64,000 nt of DNA from Asticcacaulis sp. UBA2476 (GTDB lineage Bacteria; Pseudomonadota; Alphaproteobacteria; Caulobacterales; Caulobacteraceae): assembly GCA_002342035.1 (NCBI GenBank), contig DDPE01000075.1, forward strand, positions 12,776 through 76,775, written 5' to 3'. Both the position numbers and the translations under genes were made by a program. Shown piece by piece: positions 8,903 through 17,618 of this stretch. The notes beneath the pieces are model-generated. The model was not told the DNA's origin and made no database searches. It was given only the letters and a program-made list of their open reading frames with translations. Position 1 is the stretch's first letter. Every line of letters begins with the position of its first letter.

Positions 8903-10371
8903 CAGAACCTGAAATAGATGAATTTTTGGTCGAGGTTATAATAGGCCCCCAGAATGACGACGGCGACCGTGGCGGCATAGATGAGACCCCAGCGTTGCCA
9001 TGACGGCAGGGCACGGTAGATAGTGCCGACCTTGGCGTGATCCTTATACCACTCAGGGGCCATGACCACGATGATGCCGAGGATCGCCAGCGCCATTTCG
9101 GCCAGCTTGCCGTCGATCACCGAGCGGATGCCGCCCGCAAATCCACCCCAGCCGGTGTGCATATGGGTGATGATATAGCCGGCATCGGCCAGCGAGTCTG
9201 AGCGGAAGAATATATAGGCAAAGCAGACCAGGAAGAATGTCACGCCGATCTTGAGCGCGCGGTAAGTCTTGGGGCGCTTGGTCAGGCCGGAGTTTTTGGC
9301 AAACTTGTTCCACGGCTTTTGCGCCAGCAATGACACGACCACATAGGTGCCATGCAGGGCGCCCCAGACGATGAATGTCCAGTTGGCGCCGTGCCAGAAA
9401 CCGGACACCACAAAAGTCAGCATCATCCCGGCCAGCATCAGATTATACATCTTAAGCCCGGTCCAGCGGCTGCGCGAAAACGGCGTATAGACGTAATCAT
9501 TGAGCCATGAGCTTAAGGAAATGTGCCAGCGCTTCCAGAAGTCCTGAATGGACACGGCAAAATAAGGCCGGTTGAAGTTCGGCAACAGCTTGATGCCAAA
9601 CACCATCGCGGCCCCCAGCGCGATATCGGTATAGCCGCTGAAATCAAAATAGAGCTGAAACGCATAGAGCCAGGTTGCAAACACCATGGCCACGCCGTCA
9701 AAGGCATGGGGGTCATCATAGACGCGGTTAACGAAGGGCGCGATGCGGTCAGCGACCACGACTTTTTTGAACGCGCCCCACAGCATCAGTTGCAGGCCCG
9801 CCGTCATCAGGGCGTAGTTAAAGCCTTTGAGGGGTGTGCGCAATTGCGGCAGCAGGTTTTTCCCGCGCTCGATGGGGCCCGCGATCATCTTGGGAAAGAA
9901 AAACACGAACGTGCCAAATACCCACGGATCGCGCTCGGCCTTGTCGCCGCGCAGGGTGTCGATCAGATAGCCGATCATCAGGAAGGTGTAGAACGAAATC
10001 CCCAGCGGCAGGATGATGTTGAGTGCCGGGACATCATAGGACGCCCCGAACCAGCCGAACAGGCCGCGCAAGGACTCATTGAAAAACGAGGTATATTTGA
10101 AGCCGACCAGATTGAGCACCAACAGCACAATGGCGATGGTCATGATCATCTGCTTGCGGGGCTTATCCTCGGCCTTTTCTATCGCGATTGCGAAATAGTA
10201 GACGAGCCCCGCCGCCACCAGCAAGTGCACCAGGAATAAAGGCCCTGACCAGCCATAAAATACCAGACTGGCGATCAGCAAAAGGGGTAGGCGTAAACGA
10301 GACGGCATCAGCATAAAGCCGATGACGGTCGCTATAAAAAAGACAATAAATTCAATTGAATTGAACAGCAC
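8902..10371 (-). CDS. MBOAT family O-acyltransferase (AlgI/DltB-like)
   Basis: LPLGISFYTF, AGPIER, DFSGYTD, NFNRPY, DFWKRWHISLSSW, SGFWHGA (catalytic His), C-terminal FIYFRF. Confidence 0.95.
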   Translation of the reverse strand: MLFNSIEFIVFFIATVIGFMLMPSRLRLPLLLIASLVFYGWSGPLFLVHLLVAAGLVYYFAIAIEKAEDKPRKQMIMTIAIVLLVLNLVGFKYTSFFNESLRGLFGWFGASYDVPALNIILPLGISFYTFLMIGYLIDTLRGDKAERDPWVFGTFVFFFPKMIAGPIERGKNLLPQLRTPLKGFNYALMTAGLQLMLWGAFKKVVVADRIAPFVNRVYDDPHAFDGVAMVFATWLYAFQLYFDFSGYTDIALGAAMVFGIKLLPNFNRPYFAVSIQDFWKRWHISLSSWLNDYVYTPFSRSRWTGLKMYNLMLAGMMLTFVVSGFWHGANWTFIVWGALHGTYVVVSLLAQKPWNKFAKNSGLTKRPKTYRALKIGVTFFLVCFAYIFFRSDSLADAGYIITHMHTGWGGFAGGIRSVIDGKLAEMALAILGIIVVMAPEWYKDHAKVGTIYRALPSWQRWGLIYAATVAVVILGAYYNLDQKFIYFRF

Positions 10372-10564
10372 TTGTCAGTCAGCCCGCTTTAAAAATTACC
10401 TGTAAAATCCATATTCCGGCATCACCAGAAACGGGACATAAGCCCGCCGGTGCGAAGCGCTGAGCAAGGACTATGCCTAAACTCCGCGAGTGTCTGGATA
10501 ATACCCCAAAATAATATACGCCAACTTTCAGGCGGTCTGACGGGATTCTGCAAATAATAGATAA

Positions 10565-10579
10565 TTAAGCATAAATTAC
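10565..10579. promoter_or_regulatory. Putative CtrA-like site TTAA-N7-TTAC upstream of the MBOAT operon
   Basis: TTAAGCATAAATTAC has one mismatch to TTAA-N7-TTAA and lies in an AT-rich intergenic region. Confidence 0.3.
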
Positions 10580-10715
10580 ACTTGCCCGTCGCAATCCTGC
10601 CCATCGGTCACCCAATATGACACCTTAACGTCAAATAACAGCGTTGGGAAGAGTGAACACGGACAAATGTTGCAAAGCAGCATATGGGCTGCGCCTTTAT
10701 GGCCACAGGTGAGGG

Positions 10716-11378
10716 CTATTTCACCGCCAGCACAATACCAACAAGGATAGCGACATAGTGGGCCGAGGCTCCGGCCAGCACATGGCCATGCCAGATGGCG
10801 CGGCGGAATTTCAGGCGCTTATTCATGTAAAAAATCGTGCCCACGCTATAGAGCACGCCGCCGGCCGCTAGCATGATCAAAGCCGGCATGGGCACTTCGC
10901 GGATCATGGGCTTGGTTGCAATAACGATCAGCCAGCCGAGCGCCAGGTAGAACACGATCCAGATGACCTTGCTCAAAGAGGGTAAAAACAGTTTACCCGC
11001 CATGCCTAAGCCCGCCAGCGTCCAGACCGCCACCGTCATGCCAATCGCCCAGCCGCCCTCCAGCGCCTGAGTGGTAAAGGGCGTGTAGCTGGCGGCAATC
11101 ATCAGGAAAATGCCAGCATGATCCAGCCGTCGCAAAAACGGCTGCCAGTTCGGCTTGGCGAAATTATAGGCGGTCGAAAAGGCCAGCATGGCGACAAAGC
11201 CGAGCGCATAAACGCTGACGGCGGCGACCTTACCCAGATAGCCGTGGCTAATGGCCAGACCGAGCGCAATGCCGCCCCCAAACAGGGCCATGCACAGCCC
11301 AACCACATGCACGATCAGGTCGGCGCGGCGTTCCGTAGGTGTGGGGTAATGGTCAGATGTAACGACAGATGAGGTCAT
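10716..11378 (-). CDS. Hemolysin III / PAQR family membrane protein
   Basis: STAYN, RRLDHAGIFLMIAASYTP, AIWHGHV; 7 TM helices. Confidence 0.9.
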   Translation of the reverse strand: MTSSVVTSDHYPTPTERRADLIVHVVGLCMALFGGGIALGLAISHGYLGKVAAVSVYALGFVAMLAFSTAYNFAKPNWQPFLRRLDHAGIFLMIAASYTPFTTQALEGGWAIGMTVAVWTLAGLGMAGKLFLPSLSKVIWIVFYLALGWLIVIATKPMIREVPMPALIMLAAGGVLYSVGTIFYMNKRLKFRRAIWHGHVLAGASAHYVAILVGIVLAVK

Positions 11379-11470
11379 GGAATTGGAGCCTGCAAGCGAC
11401 GTAACGACTTTTCACCACTATAATAGGGCCTCAAAACCAGATCAAGCCAATCACATTCGGTTCAGAATGA

Positions 11471-12130
11471 TTACACCGTAAGGGTTTCCTTAACGTCACC
11501 TGTCTTTTTGCGTCGGAAATGCCAGTAGGTCAGGCCGCTGACCAGTGCGGCAAAGAAACACCACACCGACGGATAGTTGAGCCTGAAAAAGCTGAAGGCC
11601 ACGGCAAAACCGACGACCATGGCCATGCCAATCACGCGCACGCTGACGTGGCTTGAGATAAAGAACGCTGCGCAGGTGGCGACCACATAGGCGCTCCTGA
11701 TCCAGAACCCGCCGCCGACCGGGTTGGTGTAGACCAGACACTGATTGACCATCTGCACGGCCACGCCGTATTTCAGGATGATCATCAGCGTAAAGGCCGC
11801 GACCGCAACCCCCAGCAGCAGAACCACCTGCATCAGCCGTTTGCGGATCAGGTCAGGCTCGATCAGCAGGATCGACAGGGGGATGATGACCGGCCAGATC
11901 ACCCCTATAAAGACGGCGTAACCCTGGGTCAGCGCATGGGTCGCCGCCCCCGTTCCCATTTGTGGTAACAAAACCCATAGGCAGCCTTCGATAAATTGCT
12001 GGATGGCAAACAGCAGGGGTACAGACGCGAATGGCCGCTCAGACTTTAATGTGGTTTCGCGCAGGGCCATAACGCCCGCCGTGGCAATAAAGGCGCTGGC
12101 GGCAAAGCTGACCGGGGCCGAAAAACACAT
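11471..12130 (-). CDS. Membrane protein (DUF6629-like)
   Basis: MCFSAPVSF N-terminus, QQFIEG and SVWCFFAA motifs. Confidence 0.65.
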   Translation of the reverse strand: MCFSAPVSFAASAFIATAGVMALRETTLKSERPFASVPLLFAIQQFIEGCLWVLLPQMGTGAATHALTQGYAVFIGVIWPVIIPLSILLIEPDLIRKRLMQVVLLLGVAVAAFTLMIILKYGVAVQMVNQCLVYTNPVGGGFWIRSAYVVATCAAFFISSHVSVRVIGMAMVVGFAVAFSFFRLNYPSVWCFFAALVSGLTYWHFRRKKTGDVKETLTV

Positions 12131-12184
12131 GCTGATACCCTCCGTATACCCGGAGAAAGTGACGTGCTTTTGGCTTTAAGTAAA

Positions 12185-14311
12185 CTAATTCCCCGGTGCG
12201 TAGGGAAATTTCAGGGACTTATAATATTCCAGAGTCTTTTCCGGCGCGGTATATCCTTGCGGCAAAGGCCGTTTGGAAATCGACTGGAAATAGGCTACGG
12301 ACGCATCACGCCACCATTTGGCTTCGCGTTCCTGAATCATCAGATTGGTCGCCACGGCGTCAAAACGATCCGCATCGACGTAAGGCTTAAGCGACGCCCA
12401 GCGATTGCGCATGGTGGTCACATCCGATGCCCCCTTTGAATAGGTGACGACCACCTCGTCCCACAGGCTGCGACCCGATTTAACCTTATAATCCCACGGC
12501 AGATGGTGAAACCACAGCAGATAGCGTTCATCCATGGTCTTAGGGTCAGCCCAGAGTTTGGCGGCCTTGGGGGTGTACTGAGCAATGGCGTTCGAGCCGG
12601 TTTTCATCCGGTCAAAGCCGATGCCATTGATATCGGCCTTATGATAATAGACCGGGTTCCAGTCGGCGCGCTCCAGATTATCGACCCACGGCCCCGGCCC
12701 ATAGTGGTGGCCGGTATCCATCAGGTGATGCAGCCCCAGAGGCGTCATGTAATCGGCCACGGTTTCGCGTGAGGTCATCATCATATCGACAACCGGTGCC
12801 ACAAAGGCCTGATCATTGGAAAAGGTCATGCGGGCCCAGTCATCGGCAATCGCGCGCGATGAGGCCTGCGGGTTCCAGGCCAGCCGTCCAAAGGCATACC
12901 AGTTGGCCTGATCGAAATCAGAACCCGACCAGTTGCGGTCCATGCCGATATTGGCCACACCCGCAATACCGGTCAGTGTGTGGTTATCGACCGTACCTTC
13001 GACGACCTTGGCGACGGTGTTGCCAGTCTTACCGTTTGCAAAGGTATCGGCCTTCAGCGCCTCTTCGTAATATTGGCCCAGATAGGCGAGGTGGGTCGAA
13101 AAGCCGAGATATTCCTTGGTGATCTGGAACTCCATCATCAGCGGCGTCTTGGGCATGGCCCCGAACAGGGGGTGGAAGGGCTCACGCGGCTGAAAATCGA
13201 TAGCGCCGTTTTTGACCTGAACCAGCACATTGTCAGCAAACTGACCATCCAGCGCTTTGAACTCATCATAGGCCTGCTTGTGGCGGTCATCAGGCTTTTC
13301 GTGGCTGTAGACAAAGGCGCGCCACATGACGATACCGCCGTGAGGCTTTAACGCCTCGGCCAGCATATTGGCGCCATCGGCATGGCTGCGCCTATAGTCC
13401 TGCGGGCCGGGTTGGCCCTCACTATTGGCCTTGACCAGAAAGCCGCCAAAATCCGGAATAGCGGCATAGATTTCATCCGCCTTGGCCTTCCACCACGCCC
13501 TGACCGCCGGATCAAGCGGGTCGGCCGTTTTAAGGCCGCCCTCTTCGATCGGGGCCGAAAAGCGCGCCGACAGATAGACCTTGATACCATAGGGGCGGAA
13601 CACATCGGCCAGGGCCGCGGTCTTGGCAATATAGGCTGGGCTCAACGACACGGCATTGGAATTGACGTTATTGAGCACCGTGCCGTTGATGCCGAGGGAG
13701 GCATTGGCGCGGGCATAGTCGGTATAGCGCGGGTGCCTGACATCCGGCAGCTTCCACCAGTCCCAGATGGTCGTCCCGGCATAGCCGCGCTCAACCGAGC
13801 CATCAAGATTGTCCCAGTGATTTAAAACCCGCAGCTTGATCTTTGGCGTATCGGAAATGTTGAGGTGATCCAGCGGCTGACGGGTCTGGATCAGTTTCAG
13901 ATACTCAAACACACCGTACAGCACGCCGATATCGCGGTTGGCAGCGATGATCGTCACCGGCTTATCGTTCAGGCGCGTGGTGCGGATAACATAGCCTTCT
14001 TCGCCAGCCTTGGTCAGGTCAGGATTAAGGAGGGCGATGGCCGCCGAACCGGACGGCGTGCCAATGATGATGGCGTTATCGCGGAGGGTGCCGGTCTCAA
14101 TCGCCTTGCCCGACAAACCGCTCAAGCCGCGCTCCAGCTCTTGCGCGGCGGCGGTCAGCGTGGGGGTGGTGCCTTCGGAAACGATTGAGGTGGCAGGGAT
14201 GACATAGCCTGCCTCGACCGGACGGTATCTCTGCCACAGGTCATAACCGTCCTCGGCCTGTACCGGTAGCGCTAACATAAGGGCGCAAATCGCCACTATC
14301 CATCGCAACAT
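12185..14311 (-). CDS. aguA: Alpha-glucuronidase, GH67, with signal peptide
   Basis: EDGYDLW, NHWDNLDGSVERGYAG, GGFLVKANSEGQPGP, QVKNGAIDFQPREP, EFQITKEYLG. Confidence 0.96.
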   Translation of the reverse strand: MLRWIVAICALMLALPVQAEDGYDLWQRYRPVEAGYVIPATSIVSEGTTPTLTAAAQELERGLSGLSGKAIETGTLRDNAIIIGTPSGSAAIALLNPDLTKAGEEGYVIRTTRLNDKPVTIIAANRDIGVLYGVFEYLKLIQTRQPLDHLNISDTPKIKLRVLNHWDNLDGSVERGYAGTTIWDWWKLPDVRHPRYTDYARANASLGINGTVLNNVNSNAVSLSPAYIAKTAALADVFRPYGIKVYLSARFSAPIEEGGLKTADPLDPAVRAWWKAKADEIYAAIPDFGGFLVKANSEGQPGPQDYRRSHADGANMLAEALKPHGGIVMWRAFVYSHEKPDDRHKQAYDEFKALDGQFADNVLVQVKNGAIDFQPREPFHPLFGAMPKTPLMMEFQITKEYLGFSTHLAYLGQYYEEALKADTFANGKTGNTVAKVVEGTVDNHTLTGIAGVANIGMDRNWSGSDFDQANWYAFGRLAWNPQASSRAIADDWARMTFSNDQAFVAPVVDMMMTSRETVADYMTPLGLHHLMDTGHHYGPGPWVDNLERADWNPVYYHKADINGIGFDRMKTGSNAIAQYTPKAAKLWADPKTMDERYLLWFHHLPWDYKVKSGRSLWDEVVVTYSKGASDVTTMRNRWASLKPYVDADRFDAVATNLMIQEREAKWWRDASVAYFQSISKRPLPQGYTAPEKTLEYYKSLKFPYAPGN

Positions 14312-14338
14312 CTCAAACCTCCCGTTTTTATTTTGATA

Positions 14339-15751
14339 TTATAGTTTGTAGGCCTGCTTGGCCAGTTTGTAGCTTAGATCATAGGCGACCTCGGCGGCCT
14401 CATCTTCATCAAGGCGATGCTCCGCCACCCACCGCGCCAGATGTGAACAATCCATCCTGCGCGCCACATCATGGCGGGCGGGGATGGACAGGAACGCGCG
14501 GGTGTCGTCATTAAAGCCGACGGTGTTGTAATAGCCGCCGGTCTCGGTCATCTGATCGCGGAACCGGCGCATGCCTTCGGGGCTGTCATGGAACCACCAC
14601 GGCGGGCCGAGCTTCAGCGCCGGATAATGACCAGCCAGTGGCGCCAGCTCGCGTGAATAGACGGTTTCATCCAGCGTAAAGACGATAAAGGTCAGGCGCG
14701 GATCATTGCCATAGGTATCCAGCAAGGGTTTCAGCGCATGGACATATTCGGTCGAAAGCGGGATATCCGCACCCTTATCACGCCCAAAACGATTAAGCAC
14801 ATGCTGGTTATGACTGCGGTATACGCCGGGATGCAGTTGCAGCACCATGCCGTCATCAAGGCTCATGCGCGCCATTTCGGTCAGCATCTGCCCGCGGAAC
14901 AGGTCGGCCTCATGGGCGCTAAAATCACCTGACCGGATTTTGTCATACAGGGCCGCCGCCTCAGCGGGCGACAGGTTGGCGGTGGTGGCCCGAACATGGC
15001 CATGGTCGGTTGAGGTCGCACCGGCTTCGCGGAAGAAGGCGCGGCGGTTTTGGTGCGCCCTCAGATAACCCGCAAAGGTCGTGATATCTTCGCCCGCCAG
15101 TTGCCCGAACCGCTCCAGATTCTCGGCAAAGCCTATATGCTCCGGGTCCATGACCGGATCGGGGCGATAGGCGGTAACGACCCGGCCCCGCCAGCCGCTG
15201 TCGCGGATTTTTTTATGGTGGCGCAGGTCATCGAGCGGCCCTTCGGTGGTGGCGATGACTTCGATATTAAAGCGTTCAAACAGGGCGCGTGGCCGAAAGG
15301 CGTTGGTTTTAAGGCTTGCGTCCATCACCTCATAATAGTGATCGGCGGTCTCTGGCGTCAGGGTGACGTCAATGCCGAAAACTTTAGAGAACACCCAGTC
15401 CAGCCACATGCGCGACGGTGTGCCCCGGAACAAATAATAGTTATCAGCAAAGGTTTTCCAGATTTTGCGCGGGTCGGCCTCAAACGGTGTGCCGTCGTGC
15501 GTGGCAATCCCCAGCGCTGCCAGATCCACGCCTTGCGAATACAGCATCCGGAACACATAGTGATCCGGCACGGTCAAAAGCTGCGCCGGATCGGGAAAGT
15601 GCTCGTCGTCGGCAAACCACTGCGGGTCGGTATGGCCGTGCGGGCTGATGATCGGCAGGTCCTTGACCGTTTGATAAAGCCTGCGGGCAATATCGCGGGT
15701 GGTGGGATCTGCCGGTAGCAGCCGGTCGGGATGCAGTTTCAGCACGGCCAT
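14339..15751 (-). CDS. uxaC: Glucuronate (uronate) isomerase
   Basis: SPHGHTDP, PDHYVFRML, GPPWWFHD, GFNDDTRAFLSIPARHD. Confidence 0.96.
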   Translation of the reverse strand: MAVLKLHPDRLLPADPTTRDIARRLYQTVKDLPIISPHGHTDPQWFADDEHFPDPAQLLTVPDHYVFRMLYSQGVDLAALGIATHDGTPFEADPRKIWKTFADNYYLFRGTPSRMWLDWVFSKVFGIDVTLTPETADHYYEVMDASLKTNAFRPRALFERFNIEVIATTEGPLDDLRHHKKIRDSGWRGRVVTAYRPDPVMDPEHIGFAENLERFGQLAGEDITTFAGYLRAHQNRRAFFREAGATSTDHGHVRATTANLSPAEAAALYDKIRSGDFSAHEADLFRGQMLTEMARMSLDDGMVLQLHPGVYRSHNQHVLNRFGRDKGADIPLSTEYVHALKPLLDTYGNDPRLTFIVFTLDETVYSRELAPLAGHYPALKLGPPWWFHDSPEGMRRFRDQMTETGGYYNTVGFNDDTRAFLSIPARHDVARRMDCSHLARWVAEHRLDEDEAAEVAYDLSYKLAKQAYKL

Positions 15752-15764
15752 AAACTTAAGGCCC

Positions 15765-16973
15765 CTACCAGTTAAACAGGGTGCCGTCCTGCAGGCGGTT
15801 CACCGGCAGATAGGCGCGCTGATACGGATATTTGGCGGCCAGATCTTCGTCGATATCCACGCCCAGACCCGGCGTTTCATTGACCTGCATGAAGCCCTTA
15901 TCGAAGGTGTAGCTGTGCGGGAAGACCTCATCGGTGGCGTCGGTATGGCGCATATATTCCTGCACCCCGAAGTTTGGCACCGAGATGTCGAAGTTGAGTG
16001 CTGCCGCCATACAGACCGGCGACAGGTCGGTCGCGCCATGACAGCCGGTGCGGACATTATAGATGTCGGCAAAAGCGGCGATCTTCTTCAAATGCGTCAA
16101 ACCACCGGCATGGACGACCGTGGCGCGGATATAGTCGATCAACTGGTTCTGGATCAGATCCTTGCAGTCCCAGATCGAGTTGAAGATTTCACCCACAGCC
16201 AGCGGCGTGGTGGTGTGCTGACGGATCAGGCGGAAGTTTTCCTGATTTTCAGCTACCACGGCATCTTCCATCCAGAACGGGCGGTAAGGCTCAAGATCGC
16301 GACCCAGACGACCGGCCTCAATGGGGGTCAGGCGGTGGTGAACATCGTGCAGCAAGTGTACCTCGTCGCCGAGGGCGTCACGGGCGGCGGCAAACAGTTT
16401 CGGCACGACGCGCAAGTAAGCTTCGGTCGACCAGACATTCTCCGTCGGCAGGTCGGCATCGGCAGGCTCATAGAACATCTTGTCCTTGGAGACGCCGTAG
16501 GTTGAGGCCAGGCCTGGCACCCCGCATTGAATGCGGATCGCCTTATAGCCCATCGCCTTATAGGACTGCGCAACCTCAATGGTGTCTTCAATCGAGGTGC
16601 CGTTGGCGTGGCCATAGACCATGACACCGGTGCGGCACTTGCCACCCATCAATTGGTAGACCGGCAGGTTAGCAACCTTACCCTTAATGTCCCATAACGC
16701 CATATCAACCGCGGCAACCGCTGACATGGTAACCGGCCCCCGGCGCCAGTAGGCACCGCGGTACAGGAACTGCCAGATGTCTTCGATCTGATGCGGGTCG
16801 CGACCGATCAAGCACGGAATAACGTGATCTTCGAGGTAGGACACGACCGACAGCTCACGGCCATTGAGCGTGGCATCGCCCAGACCATAGACACCTTCGT
16901 CGGTCATGATCTTGAGGGTCACAAAGTTGCGGCCGGGACAGGTGACAATAACCTTGGCGGACGTGATTTTCAT
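15765..16973 (-). CDS. manD: D-mannonate dehydratase, enolase superfamily (ManD/RspA)
   Basis: [44 protein letters not shown]. Confidence 0.93.
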   Translation of the reverse strand: MKITSAKVIVTCPGRNFVTLKIMTDEGVYGLGDATLNGRELSVVSYLEDHVIPCLIGRDPHQIEDIWQFLYRGAYWRRGPVTMSAVAAVDMALWDIKGKVANLPVYQLMGGKCRTGVMVYGHANGTSIEDTIEVAQSYKAMGYKAIRIQCGVPGLASTYGVSKDKMFYEPADADLPTENVWSTEAYLRVVPKLFAAARDALGDEVHLLHDVHHRLTPIEAGRLGRDLEPYRPFWMEDAVVAENQENFRLIRQHTTTPLAVGEIFNSIWDCKDLIQNQLIDYIRATVVHAGGLTHLKKIAAFADIYNVRTGCHGATDLSPVCMAAALNFDISVPNFGVQEYMRHTDATDEVFPHSYTFDKGFMQVNETPGLGVDIDEDLAAKYPYQRAYLPVNRLQDGTLFNW

Positions 16974-17160
16974 TTAGCTTAATACTCCGAAGCCGCAGCC
17001 CTGATGATGGGCGTCATGTTTGCGGACGCTCACCTTCGACAGGCTGTCATATTTAAAGATGTTCCGTTCCCTCGTGTCGTGGCTTTGGGCCGCGATCAGT
17101 TTTGTTAGTAAGCTTTAGTCCGTGCCTTTTGGTGATCTTCGAGGCCTGTAACTGCCGCGT

Positions 17161-17177
17161 AATTGGTATGACCTATT
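17161..17177. promoter_or_regulatory. FadR/GntR-type operator upstream of manD
   Basis: AATTGGTATGACCTATT, an imperfect TGGT-N3-ACCA palindrome. Confidence 0.55.
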
Positions 17178-17308
17178 TTATATATAACCCAAATCCACCC
17201 CGGTTGTGCAAGCTTTTTCTTGATAAAAGACTGTATTCATTCTGGATGGTATATCTGGCAACGAAATATCAGATATTTGTGCCATAAAACACGAATTTGT
17301 ATGATAAA

Positions 17309-17321
17309 GTAAGCGCTGTCA
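17309..17321. promoter_or_regulatory. LacI-type operator (weaker copy)
   Basis: GTAAGCGCTGTCA with a central AGCGCT. Confidence 0.45.
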
Positions 17322-17489
17322 ATTCAGGGCGTGTAAGGTGTTACGGAAAAAACACGCCTGTGGGGAAATGTGGGTATTGGTCAGGGTCTCGCAGCTCTAT
17401 GTCTGGCCAAAAAATCTTAATAATATCAACTGGAAATGACCAAAGCTGTCATATCGCGCGCCGCTATTTGCGCCTTAAGGTGCTATTAT

Positions 17490-17500
17490 TGGTCTGACCA
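17490..17500. promoter_or_regulatory. FadR/GntR-type operator next to a TTGACA -35 box (17503-17508)
   Basis: Perfect TGGTC-T-GACCA; a related TGGTCAGGCCA lies at 17591-17601. Confidence 0.6.
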
Positions 17501-17523
17501 TATTGACAAATGCGGTAAGGAAA

Positions 17524-17548
17524 GTTAGCGCTAACAGTTAGCGGTCAC
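17524..17548. promoter_or_regulatory. Tandem LacI-type operators (XylR-like) over the TBDT promoter
   Basis: Perfect palindrome GTTAGCGCTAAC (17524-17535) followed by GTTAGCGGTCAC (17537-17548). Confidence 0.65.
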
Positions 17549-17618
17549 ACTCGCCGTGAAAATTTCAAAAAAACAAAAAAAGCCAATGGCTGGTCAGGCC
17601 ATATACATGGAGAAACAA

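Noticed and set aside
10716-11378. Hemolysin III as a toxin or virulence factor
   Set aside because: The PAQR/YqfA family is a widespread membrane-homeostasis family; the name is misleading.
17102-17497. Two ~60-aa ORFs in the manD/TBDT intergenic region
   Set aside because: AT-rich promoter DNA with TTG starts, no RBS and atypical codon use.
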